From assembly GCA_964304625.1 (NCBI GenBank), contig OZ199840.1, positions 209,309 through 273,308 of the forward strand: 64,000 nt of DNA, written 5' to 3'. Shown here piece by piece: positions 51,488-62,989 of this stretch. Below the pieces are notes generated by a model. It was not told where the DNA came from. It saw only the letters and a list, made by a program, of their open reading frames with translations, and did no database searches. Both the position numbers and the translations under genes were made by a program. How positions within the stretch are numbered: the first letter of the stretch is position 1; each line of letters opens with the position of its first letter. Source of the stretch: Kudoa neothunni (lineage: Eukaryota; Animalia; Cnidaria).

Positions 51488-53706
51488 CCCTTTGTGGCTA
51501 ACCATTGGATCCACGATCCAAGTAGGTGTATAAATCTCATTCATAGACCAAAATAAGGCGCGATTTTTGTTCTAATTTCACGTAAATTACAAGCAAAACA
51601 ATTTCTATCATCTGATCAAATTAGAGGGGAAAAATTTTTTCGTACTTTAATCCGTTTGTTCAACTCTTGGTCTTAATATAAGTTGACTAATATTGGTTAT
51701 GCACGACAATTAATCATCCCTCTGATGCGTTCCAAAGCTAGAATGGCAAGTTTTGATTCGTCGAGTGACTCTCTTTCCTCGGATAATGAAAGTGTTGCGT
51801 CGCTTGAGTTAGAAAATTAATAAAACGAATCCGACTTGAATAGCGATGAAGAACAAAACAATATAAATGGTAAACAATACTTTTAAATAAGTAGATTTTA
51901 TATGATTAATAAAGGTGCATTCGATAACGACAAAATCAGGTGAACTGATTAGTCTTATATTCTCCACAAGAATGATGATAATAATAATAATAATAATAAT
52001 AGACTAAAAGATAACTTTGTTTCGAAAGACGAATCAATTATCTGGTCATCCCGACCGAGATCTGGAAGAACTCCCTCCACCAATATAATAAGCGCTAATA
52101 TTCAACAAGGTGCCCCCAATCGATTCAATAGACACAACAACACCAATCAGCACGTTCACCCATTTTTTTACCCTGAGGATGATGGATGATATTATTTTAT
52201 ACACTAATAGAAAAGGTTTCGACGTTTTAGCAGAAAAATGGAAATCTCCCGATTTGGATCAATTCAAAGCGTTTACTGGGCTGCTACTTCTGGGTGGTGC
52301 TTATACATCTAACTTTGAAACAAGCGAAATATTGTGGCATGAAATACACGGAAGGCCATTATTTCGTGCCACGATGTCCCGTGAAAGATTTAAAAAGATT
52401 TCTAATTCATTAAGATTTGATGAATATTGGAATCGAAATAATTCTGATAATTCGACCGACAAGTTTAGACCTATACGGGATATTTTTAATCAATTTAGGA
52501 ACATCTGCAAAATAAGTTACTTACCAGGTGTAAACTTAACTGTAGATGAACAGTTATATCCATTTCGAGGGAGAGTATCGTTTTTAGTCTATATGCCTAA
52601 GAAGCCATTTAAATATGGTATAAAATTTTGGGTAGTTTGTGACAGCGAAACTCGATATGTATCCAACATAATCCCATATGTGGGTAAAGTAAACAACCAA
52701 CGTGAAGCAAACACAAGTTTTAAAGTAGTCGTTGATCCCACTCAGCATTTGCTCAACTGTGGTCGAAGTATTACTTGTGACAATTTTTTCACAACTTGGA
52801 AACTTGCCCAATATTTACACAAAAATAACACATCTATACTAGGAACTGTAAGAAAATGTCGATCATTCATCCCGTCAGAATTTCTACCTAATAGGCGCAG
52901 AGAACTATATTCATCTATGTTTGGATTTTACAAACAGTTTACGCTAATGTCGTACGTCCCCAAAAAGGGCAAGTGTGTAATAGTTCTTTCATCAGAGCAC
53001 CGCAGTGGCAGCGTAAGTTCTGGTTATAAATCCAAACCAGATATGATATTGGATTATAACGTCAAAAAGTGTGGTGTTGACACCATGGATCAATGCGTTT
53101 CCACTTACACCTGTAAGAGGAAATGTAAAAGATGGCCTTACGCTGTATTTTCCCAAATCCTAGATGTAGCCGCATTTAATGCATTTGTGGCTTTCAACAA
53201 AAAAAATCCAAGGTACTTTAAAAAAGATAAATCAACTCATCGGCAAGATTTTTTAATAACATTATACATGGAACTAATTAAACAGCACCAGGACAGAAGA
53301 TTTACTAATCTTAAGATTTCACACCAACCCGCGGTAAAACGGTCATTAGAAATAATTGGATACAGGTTCGATAATGGGGTGGTCTCTAAAAAGTTTGTAT
53401 ACCAACATGTGAGAAAACGCTGCAAATATTGCCCCCTTGCACTTGACAGGAGAAGTAAGCAAACTTGTACAACATGCAACAAATATGTTTGCAATGAGCA
53501 TTCAACCAAAAACATTATATGTATAAATTGTGAATCGAAAAATTAATTGCTTTTCTGAGCTGTATATTTCTCTCTGCGTCTACTTCATAGAATATTTAAA
53601 ATAAATCGGATTATTTTGTAATCGATTAATCCCAAATTTTAATCCGATGGATCGTGGATCAAATGGTTAGCCTTAACGTAACAGTTCCATGGTTAGCCGT
53701 TAAGGG
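51488..53706 (+). mobile_element. Near-intact piggyBac transposon
   Basis: TTAA TSDs. TIRs CCCTTTGTGGCTAACCAT / CCCTTAACGGCTAACCAT plus internal IR CTAACCATT.GATCCACGATCCA. Confidence 0.95.
52110..53546 (+). CDS. piggyBac transposase (PGBD4-like) with DDD triad and C-terminal Cys-rich domain
   Basis: LTVDEQL, ITCDNFFT, GVDTMDQ, and RCKYC..CTTCNKYVCNEH..CINC. The true start is probably upstream at 51725 or 51743. Confidence 0.95.
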   Translation: MPPIDSIDTTTPISTFTHFFTLRMMDDIILYTNRKGFDVLAEKWKSPDLDQFKAFTGLLLLGGAYTSNFETSEILWHEIHGRPLFRATMSRERFKKISNSLRFDEYWNRNNSDNSTDKFRPIRDIFNQFRNICKISYLPGVNLTVDEQLYPFRGRVSFLVYMPKKPFKYGIKFWVVCDSETRYVSNIIPYVGKVNNQREANTSFKVVVDPTQHLLNCGRSITCDNFFTTWKLAQYLHKNNTSILGTVRKCRSFIPSEFLPNRRRELYSSMFGFYKQFTLMSYVPKKGKCVIVLSSEHRSGSVSSGYKSKPDMILDYNVKKCGVDTMDQCVSTYTCKRKCKRWPYAVFSQILDVAAFNAFVAFNKKNPRYFKKDKSTHRQDFLITLYMELIKQHQDRRFTNLKISHQPAVKRSLEIIGYRFDNGVVSKKFVYQHVRKRCKYCPLALDRRSKQTCTTCNKYVCNEHSTKNIICINCESKN

Positions 53707-53872
53707 TTAACAAAATTACACCTATTGACGTAAAACTTTCAAGGTGTGAATATTGTGAGCGGAAAAGTACAAGAAAACAGCGAAATGGTGAAAAATTTGT
53801 TATAAATTTTAATGTCCTATGCACGCATCAAACACTTGTTGGAAATGTTGTGAATAAGAATATATTTAAATT

Positions 53873-56800
53873 GGCAGTGGCTATTACCACAGGAATCAAT
53901 TTCTCTGCAATTGTTGTCTCTATTAAATAACTAATTTCACATTACTATTATTTATATTTTTCTCTACTAAATTATAGAATTAGGTAACAATTGAGAATAT
54001 CTTTTTTTACGTATTTATATTTTTTATTTTATTGATTGTTTTCCATAATTAAATGAAAAATTTATTAATCTTAATTTATTGCATGATCAAAATTGTATTA
54101 TATCATTTTCTGTCAATAATAAGGCTAAAGCTGACGAATTTTGTGTGTTTTTGTAGGTCTGACATTACTTTAGGAGCGCGCGCTTCCACATGATATATTC
54201 AATTTCGTGTTATTTAATTTATTTCCAATCTTTACAATGTTTAAATTATGTGATTTATTGTATTCTATTCATAAATTATGAACTTCAAGATAAAATATGC
54301 TCACCATATTTCATAGAAATGATGTGAATTTTCCGCGTTAGATTTCGATATAGACAAAAATTTTGAGAAAACTAATCATAATTAGGTCGTTTTTCAGAAA
54401 TTAGATGAATATAACACGATGAAAAATGGCTATCCTAATCAAATAAATAATGAGACATCTAAGAAAATTTAGTTTTCTTTTTGTATCCGATAGTGGTTAA
54501 AGCGTATCCCTTTGGTCTCTCAACCGACTTCACTCGAGATGGAATTTTTAAGGCTAAAATAATTTAAAAAGAGAAAGGAAATAAAAGTACCATCAAGCTC
54601 GATCGTATTTAAAGTAGGTGCTAATTGATCTTTAGATAAAACAGTTTGGAGCTCGAGAGCATTTTCATTTGAAATATTATTAACAATAATATTCTCGATA
54701 CTCTCCTCACCTTGCGGAACAATATTATTACTAACACCCTCAACAATTATTTGAGATTTAAAAATATTCCCAACAACATCTATTTTTTGCAATTTAGATA
54801 CGAGTAATGTATTTAAATTAAGTGCCTTATACCTCTTCCTTCAATAATATCTCCATCTTCGTCTAAAGCCTCGGAGTTTTCACTGGTGCGATTTACTAAA
54901 ACTAAATCGAGAAAAATTAAGTTACCTAACTGATTTATTTGTTTTATTAATTTGATGTCGTGGTTCTTGATTGCTTTTTCTATTGTGTTGAATAGTGATG
55001 GGCAACTATCATAAAACTCCCCACAATATTCAGCGGGAAACGCTGCGGACTTATTTGTGTAAATCACAGAGTTTTTTAAGTATTTTCCATAATAATTAAA
55101 AATTCCTTTGGGCTTTATTGAAATTCTCTCTTTTGGATTGATATCTATAGTTCCAATTTCCAAGAATCGGCTCATATAACCTTTGGACCATCTAGGGTGG
55201 TATCGATTTGAATCGAACATTGGAAGCAGGTTAAACGCTCTCTTTTTAAAAATACGACTACATGGAAGGAGGTACGATCTGTAAATATAACAATTGCATT
55301 TTATGGATGTAGTTAAACTATCTGTATTAGTGTTTTTGTCAAAATTTTGAATTTGTTTGTGGATTATATTGAAGGCAAATGGATTTAAATGATTAAAATA
55401 CGCGTTTAGAACTTCATTTGAGGTATCAAAATTAACTGGGTTCAGTAATATTTTGGTTATATTGTATCTCCTTTCTATTCTCATTGATTTGAGAGCGTCA
55501 AAGAAATAACGGAAAAAATCATTAAGATTTGAAAATTTCTTTATTGTTTGTTTTAATTGACCATTAATGGCTTCTAATCTATTATTGGTCAAGTTTTCAT
55601 AGAAATGATGTGCTTCACTTAATCCTATGACCCATTCATCAGCGATTGGTTCCCAATTGGATTTAAAATAGTTAATAAACTTATCGTTGCTTTGTTGAAA
55701 AAGGTTATTGCATAATTTATAGAATTCATGTTTATTTTTCGAATAGATAATTTTATTAAGAGTTTCAAGCAATTGGTCCCTTTTCTCTCGTGTGATACCG
55801 TATTTCGACATAGTTATTTCACGTCTGAAACTTTGAGAAACATGAAATATACAGATCATTAGATTGGAGTTTGGAAATAATTCTTTCAAACATTTCCTTA
55901 GAGTGTGGTGCTTGTCAGTAATGATCTTTCGGACATTTTGAGTCATGTTCGGCATCATTTTTATTAGTTGAGAAATATACCATTTAATTGACTCCGCCGT
56001 TTCATCGTACGAGATGCAGCCGCTAGTTATGTGGGTTTCACCAACCTAGTCTTCAGCAACAGACAGATACAATAGCGCACTAACAAACTAATAAAATAAC
56101 GAAATAGAGAAAACCTCCTAAGATTACCGTGAGTCTAGCAGTTTATAGGTTGCATCAAGCATGAGTAATTCTGGAAAGAAATTAATTGTGTTGAGTATCT
56201 GTTTATCCATAAAAAAGATTCCACAAACATTTTTATTATCATCTGATAAAACGCTCACCATGCAATTGTATTGATTCTTTAAAATTTCTAAAATTAAAGT
56301 AACGTTATCAGTCCCAACTTCAGAGGATTTTTTAATGTTGTGGATAGCTTTCAAAGGTATATTCTTGCCTGTCTCGTCATTTATCTTGGCTTGTATGAGC
56401 TTTTTGTTTGCTCTGACAAATAGCCATCACATTGGTTTAATTTCCTCTGACTAGGTAAGTTTTCTTAGATCCATGGATCATTTGGATGGTTATGGGTAGT
56501 GTTAGAAGATCTAATCTCCAGGAAATTTCCATCTACACTTACTCTTAATGTAACTTTAAATGGGCAATCTCTTTTAAGGGAATTTTTCTTGCGTTCGCCT
56601 TTACCTCTGGTTCGGTAATGGGCTCCAAAGTAACATACGTAAGTTATTTCGTAATACACTAGCGTGTTTTTAATATTTCGATTAACCCGGTTTTGCACTG
56701 AGTCATTTCTTCTTGAATCTCGAGCCTTTAAATTCACAAAATGACTTTTCTCATACTCCTGAATATAAAATTTTAAACTTTCCAAAGTTCCAAATTTCAT

Positions 56801-57135
56801 TCCAACATGAAAATTGTCTGAATTCGAATCACTCATTGTAGTTCAACCAAACTCGTGAAACACGTGGAGTTATGTTTACACTGCATGGCTCAAAGCAATA
56901 ATTTAGAACTGATTAATATTTATAATTAATTCAACTTTAATATTGTTTTAGTCTATTAAATTCGCTAACATTTATATTTCTGACTGTCTATTTTACATAA
57001 ATTTACAACCATCTCAAATTTCTTTATTTTTCATAATTTAGTAGAGAAAAATATAAATAATAGTAATGTGAAATTAGTTATTTAATAGAGATTATAATTG
57101 CAGAGAAATAGATTCCCGTGATAATAGCCAGTGTC
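53873..57135 (-). mobile_element. Mutator/MULE element, ZSWIM3/FAR1-like transposase, degenerate, with a probable intron
   Basis: About 100-bp TIRs. FAR1-like C..CPF..HNH domain (56465-56836), LMLDATYK, IITD..ICIFHV, TNNRLEAINGQLK, SWIM-like CNC..LPC. Stops and frameshifts present. Confidence 0.9.
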
Positions 57136-57249
57136 TTAAATATTTGTTGATTTGTTAATCCTGTTGTCTTATTTCAAATTGTCTTCTTTCGCTGTCTTAC
57201 AGTATACATAAAATATTTCTTTGTGAACCATTTTAGGCTCGGGATATCT

Positions 57250-58665
57250 TTCTTAAATCTTCTTGTTCTATAATCTGATTCAACTTTTTTATTACAGTTT
57301 TATATATTACTACCAAGCATTTTTGATTTTTAAAACAATTAAATATAATTTCTGGCGTAATACTCTCCCAATGTTTCATTAATGGCATGATTGAGTTTAG
57401 TGATGATTATTTTTCGATGATAAAAGCTTCACATAAAACCATGTGCTTAACTAGAGTAATCCTGCCTTATTTTTAAAGCATTTTATGATGTTTAAACTAA
57501 GGTTTGTAAAATATTGGTTGTTTTTTTTTTGTAGGAAAAAAATTTCGATATTTTATAAAAATCAATTGTAGTAATCCCCCAATCAACCGAGGCTGGGCTC
57601 CGCGCTAGCCCACTACATTACTGGGCGGAAATCCCCTAGACAACAACAATCAGGGTGATCACCATAGCTTCGTTTACTATAATAACTTAGTTGTATTATT
57701 CCTTAACACTAATCGTTTCCTCGCGCAAATACAACACCAATATTTTGGGGATCAAGAGGATATTGACCTACAAAATTAAAACTTTTCTATTCTCATTTAT
57801 AATGCTTTGGTTCAACTTTCTAATTATGTTTATAAATCTACTACACTTCATCCGTGGGGTTTTTTTGAATAATATCCACGTGGTAGATGTTTAACTCAGA
57901 TGAAACGTCTAAGATTCCGAAATTTACCAGTAAAAATTGATGTAAGTTTACCCCTATTTAAAAAAGAGTGACAGTAAACATTCACTCCATTTGGATATTT
58001 TTCGCCTAATATTCCGACTTCGTCCTATAAAACATAACTAATGTTTTGTACCTGCTCATAAAAGAAGGGCAGTTTCATCAATGTTTATGACTTCTTTAGG
58101 ATTACATCCCTTAACCAAATTAGTGTTTTCAAGGGATGAAATATCTGTATTCGCATCCTCATCATGAAACATTTTGAAAGATATTCCATATTTTAACGTG
58201 GAATCTGAAAACCACCCTTAACTAGACTATAAATTGGAAACTTCTTGTTTATTTGGAATATATAAAACAACTTCGATAATAACACACCTGAGCAGAACAT
58301 TATCATTCGACCATTGTTTAACCATCCAATCATACAGCTCACATCTGTATTTATAATTTCCCCGAAAAATGTGCCCTCTTTTTAGTTTCAATATCCGTAA
58401 TCCGTAATGTTGAATTTATTTTCATGTGAACAAATTCAATCAATTTTTAAATGACCTTAAACGTGACAATGTATTAATATTCAACATAGATAACTATGTC
58501 ATTCAATTTAAATTTAGAAATTGTGATTTTTCGACAACTTTCAATATTTTTATCGAATTTAATAATCAATGATTTCTGGTTTCTCTTAACTATTACGTTT
58601 TTGACAGGACACAATGAAGAAAACACTTCTATTTTTAAATAAATGGGGTTACTAAAACAACGCAA
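57250..58665 (-). mobile_element. pogo/Tigger relic
   Basis: ELYDWMVKQ..GWFSD..KYGISFKMFHDE HTH relic, then a DDE_1 relic homologous to 10860-11400. Confidence 0.72.
57567..57736. mobile_element. 170-bp candidate solo LTR
   Basis: TGTAG...CAACA ends with TCAAT/CCAAT flanks. Absent from the homologous Tigger copy at ~11140. Confidence 0.65.
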
Positions 58666-58827
58666 TAACGAGACATTATATATGAGTAATAAATTTTCTT
58701 ATTTTTTAATGTTAACGATGTTTAAGAAATGATAAGATAATAACAATACAAAAAACTAGGTTTCTCTCTAAAAAGAATAACGTAAAAATTTTGGAATTAC
58801 GCAGTATCCAATCTCGATTGTATTATA

Positions 58828-59505
58828 GGCTAAAGTCCAATATCTGTATCTGTTCTCGGGAATTTTCGACGCACTTCGCCCATTTAGCGCAGTGAACGAT
58901 TTCAAGAAAAAATCAATGTTTTTGAAAACATTAATAATATTATATTTCTCCGATATAACTCGGTTTAAAATATCTAACGTATTGTTGAACAAACTTTCAA
59001 TCACCTTGGTTGTTAAATAAGTATTCGAAATGTTCTGGTGGTGGAAGTTTGGCAATATTATCAAGGAATGACACCGATGATGGATACCAGAATAAGTTTA
59101 TAGTATGTAAAAAACATAATTTCATTATAATTGCACCCGTTTTTGAATCATAAAAACTTTCTTAATGGAAATTATTTCAGTTTGTTATCTGTATCTTAAA
59201 AGAACCAGATTTAATTTTATTATATCAAGTGTAATGTTTAAATTTATATATTATCTATTATTTATGAGTTGAAAAAAATCATATGGGATTTTATGGTCAT
59301 GAAATCCGAAATGTCATAAACAAACTCTCACAAGGAGTATGTGGATAAATTTTTGATTTTTTGGTCAGAAAAAAATATTTTAAATTAAGTTAGGAATATC
59401 ATTTAACCTAATAATGAAGTTACGGCCGTTTTAAAGCTAAATTCCGACTTTTGCCGATTGGCTTTATTTCGGTCCGAGCACGGACACAGATATTGGACTT
59501 TAGCC
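58828..59505. mobile_element. MITE (Merlin-like by TSD length)
   Basis: TIR GGCTAAAGTCCAATATCTGT.TC.GT.CTCGG, flanks GTATTATA/GTATTATT. Confidence 0.8.
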
Positions 59506-59978
59506 GTATTATTTAATATCTTTTTGGTTACAATGGAAAAATTACTAGGCTAATGCTTTTCGTAATCCTTCCGCGTTAGTACAATAATCAGAATGGGTAT
59601 ATGTTCGTTGAGACAAAATTTCGAAGTCTCGAGGAACCTATTCATTTAAGAAATGATGGGAAAAATATTAAATACTCCTTATAATAAATAGTATTACCAT
59701 TATTCTGCTAATGCTTAATATTTTACTTTAATGTTATCCCAAAAAACAATTAATCATGGAAAAACTTTAGATTTCATTAATGTTTTAAAGAATCCAACGA
59801 ATTTATATAAGCTAAATTGCAACAATATGGTTAAGACTAATTTTTAATAATGTGAATAGTTATTCCCTAGTCTAAGTTTTGCTAACTGACAATGAATGAA
59901 TCATTATATCCACAAATGTGTGAAATTCGGGTCAATTGTATCCCGAACCATCAATTGGTAGTTCATTTAATTGTGGCA

Positions 59979-62900
59979 ATGAAAATAACTAGATTTCTCT
60001 ACCTTGCGTTAAGTATCGTCGTGGGTCGATTTTAATGCTAATGTAAGTTTAGGTGTTTTGATATCAAGCACATCCAATACTGATGGAGGTTCAAGTCCTC
60101 AAGCGGCACCTGCACCTGCGACTCCTGCTCCAGCTCTAGCTCCAACAAAAACGCTGAAATACCAGATTGTGAAAGGTGAAACTAATAGCCCAAACCAAAT
60201 TAAGATCAAACTTGAAGGCTCTGAATATCCGAGGGGCAATAAGTGTGTTTTAAGGCGATCTAACGAAGCGGAAATCGCAGCCTCTACTACTACTTCTCGT
60301 GTAACAACAGCTGAGTTTAAAGACATCGATAACTGCGCAGCTAATGATAATGTTCCTAATAAATGTGTTGTCGATTGTAATACTGATGAGAATAAAATCA
60401 CTTACGATATACTATCACCAAGAACCAAATACATATATGTCAACGTCGGCAGTGACACAAATACTGCTAAAGTCAAAGTTAATGGAGCAGGATCAAAAGT
60501 ATTCGGATATTCAATACGTAAATCAACTTAATTTAATATGAAAATAAATTGAATTTAGCATTATTGACCAATCCACATATTGTTGTTTCTACAGACACTA
60601 CCAACAATAAGTTGCAATTCCTAGTCAAAACTTGTGCTCCTGTAAATTGCCCAATTTATTATAAAGATATTCAATATGAAGTTGGTACCAAAGGGGGAGA
60701 TTGTAAAACTGGGAATACAGCAAACCAAGTTGATTTTGACTTATTGTTACCGCATTACGAAATGAGGTGTAACAATTATCCCAGTTTCTTTTACAATATG
60801 CCCAATCAATATATGAAGGAAAGCATAGCCATTTATGAGCCTCAGTTTTATATTGTTAAAAAAACTGATAACAAAGTAGGAATTAAGTTCACCAATTCCC
60901 CATCGTCTGAAATATGCTTATTCAGTCTAAAAAATGGTCTAAATGCAGCAACCGATAAATCATACAAGTCTGTTTGTGGTGGTATTGGTAAAAGCTGTTA
61001 CGCTCCCTGTAAGGACGTTGTGTTAAATGGTATTGCAAACCAAGTAATTTACGGTATTTTGATCCAAACCAGACATCACAACATAAAAGCTACTGACAAT
61101 GATTTGGAAGGTTACAAAACAACTAAATTTAGTAATCCTTAGACTAATATGCATTTTGTATTATTTTCATTAGTCATTACTGAATCAGGTGCAGGTTTGC
61201 TTTCGGCTTATACCAATGTTGGTGTGACGTTTGATGCTCCCCAGTTAAAAGCGAGCTTAGATTCAAAAGTGACAAAATGTACTCTTAAGCATTATCTTGC
61301 TGATAAACCAGAGCCAACCTCCCTAACTGGTACAGCATGTGCCCAGAACGGTGGCGCTAGCGCCACTTGCGGCACTGAATGCGCAAAGTCGGTGATTCAG
61401 GGCCTTAACGCGGGAAAAGCATATATGATAGAAATTACACCTGAGACTATCGAGGATCCAAGTAGTTTCAAAGATCATATATTTATAAGAACAAGTAAAT
61501 TCTAACGTATTTATTGTATAAAATAACGAATTATATATAGCAAAGGGAACAGGTAAAGAGTATGGAACAACTGATCCTACAAAGACAGACACGACATTCT
61601 CTCTTACAGCTATGGCTGCTACCGCAACTGAAGCCGAACAAAAGAAAAGTGAACCTACCTGTGAATATTTGGTGAGTCCGGCTGGATTGGACAGCTTTTT
61701 CCACGCGAAATGCAATGGCAACACCCCATGTAGAGGAATTTGCAGCGAACAAGTTACGATAGAAGACCTTGAGCCAAACAAACCTTATGACATCAGGGTC
61801 ATCGCACACAAGGATTACGGCATAAAAGATTACACAGATATACGAACAGGTTATTGAAGTTATAATTTACTCTTTAAATTTTTAATAGCATTAACAACGT
61901 TAACGATAACACATAAGATCACCTTGGATGGTTTGTCATTGAAGGCAAGATTAAATTCCGTTGATCCAACTGCAACTTGCAGTTATGTCGTACAAAAGAA
62001 GACTGGTAACGATTACACAGACTATTACACATGTCCTGTGGTGCCGAAAGTAACGACACCTGTTACCGCCCCAGTAGCACCAGCACCCCCTTTAGCTGCT
62101 CCTCCTAGTTTAAGTTCCGCAGATCTCAACATAGCTAGAATTGCTGTGCCAATGGTAGCAGATGGTGGCCCAATGACAGCAGCGAAATCTTCAGTTCCGG
62201 ATACTTCAGATACACAGCTTGCTGATGTCGCGAACAGCGCAAACACATGTTCTTCAAACCCCCTTTGCAGTTCCATAACATTTCCCGAGTATGAAGCAGC
62301 AAATACATACAAAATTTTAGTCACAGCTATTGGAAAATCTTCACAAAAAGAGCATATTATAGAATCAAGTATTACAATTAATGTCTCTATTAAGAATTTT
62401 TTAAACGAAACTTGTATTAGCTGCACCACAATTAAACCCAACTGACTCCTCAAAATTGATATCAGTCGTCATTACACGTGATGGGGACAGTTTCATTGTA
62501 ACCACCACAGTTCCATCCAGTATGAACGATAAATCAAAATGCAGATGGGAGTTACGTAACAGTAGTGTCAAGTCTAATGCGGTGGTAAAATCTTGCATGA
62601 GAAGAAACGTAGACAGATGTGCTGCCTTTGTGACCTGTAAAGAATTCAAAATAAATAATTTACCTGATGGAAATGATTATTATTTGACTGTTTACAGTGT
62701 CGAAGATGATACAATTTTTGGCGGTGCTGACATACAACAAGGTATATTATTTGTTCACAGTGTGATTTAATGTTATATTTATCGTAGGAGCAAAAAGCAG
62801 CTCAGGGTGAGCTTAGTAATATTTTTTTATTTTATTCAATGTTTTTTAGGAATAAAACCAAACTTATGTAAACATTTTTAAATGCTGATATTTGAATTAA

Positions 62901-62989
62901 CTGATTTTAGAATCATTATTGCATGTGTTGCTGTGGTTGTGGTTATTGCAATAGTTGGCATCGTGGTATTGAAGAAGAAAAGAGATTAA
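59979..62989 (+). CDS. Paralogue E, apparently intact
   Basis: MKITRFLYLALS start, 10 exons with open frame, micro-exons GAKSSSG/NKTKLI, TM, tail KKKRD*. Confidence 0.92.

Larger units (their letters stand above)
48196..53860 (+). mobile_element. Degenerate piggyBac (host of nested insertions); right end not found
   Basis: TTAA|CCCTCCTAAG. Pieces at 48520-49161, 50683-51487 and 53711-53857 rejoin as HQDV/IID..KPVKYGIKF..VADNVF..YNESKDGVDSVD..RCEYC. Confidence 0.88.

Noticed and set aside
51818-51823. TAA-TAA in frame suggesting a reassigned stop codon
   Set aside because: Host genes end normally at TAA or TAG and their exons lack internal TAA/TAG. These stops are in decaying TE sequence.
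42328-53860. Copy D carried as cargo of a composite piggyBac
   Set aside because: The flanking elements are from different families with different termini, and homologous empty sites in copy B show they inserted after the gene duplicated.
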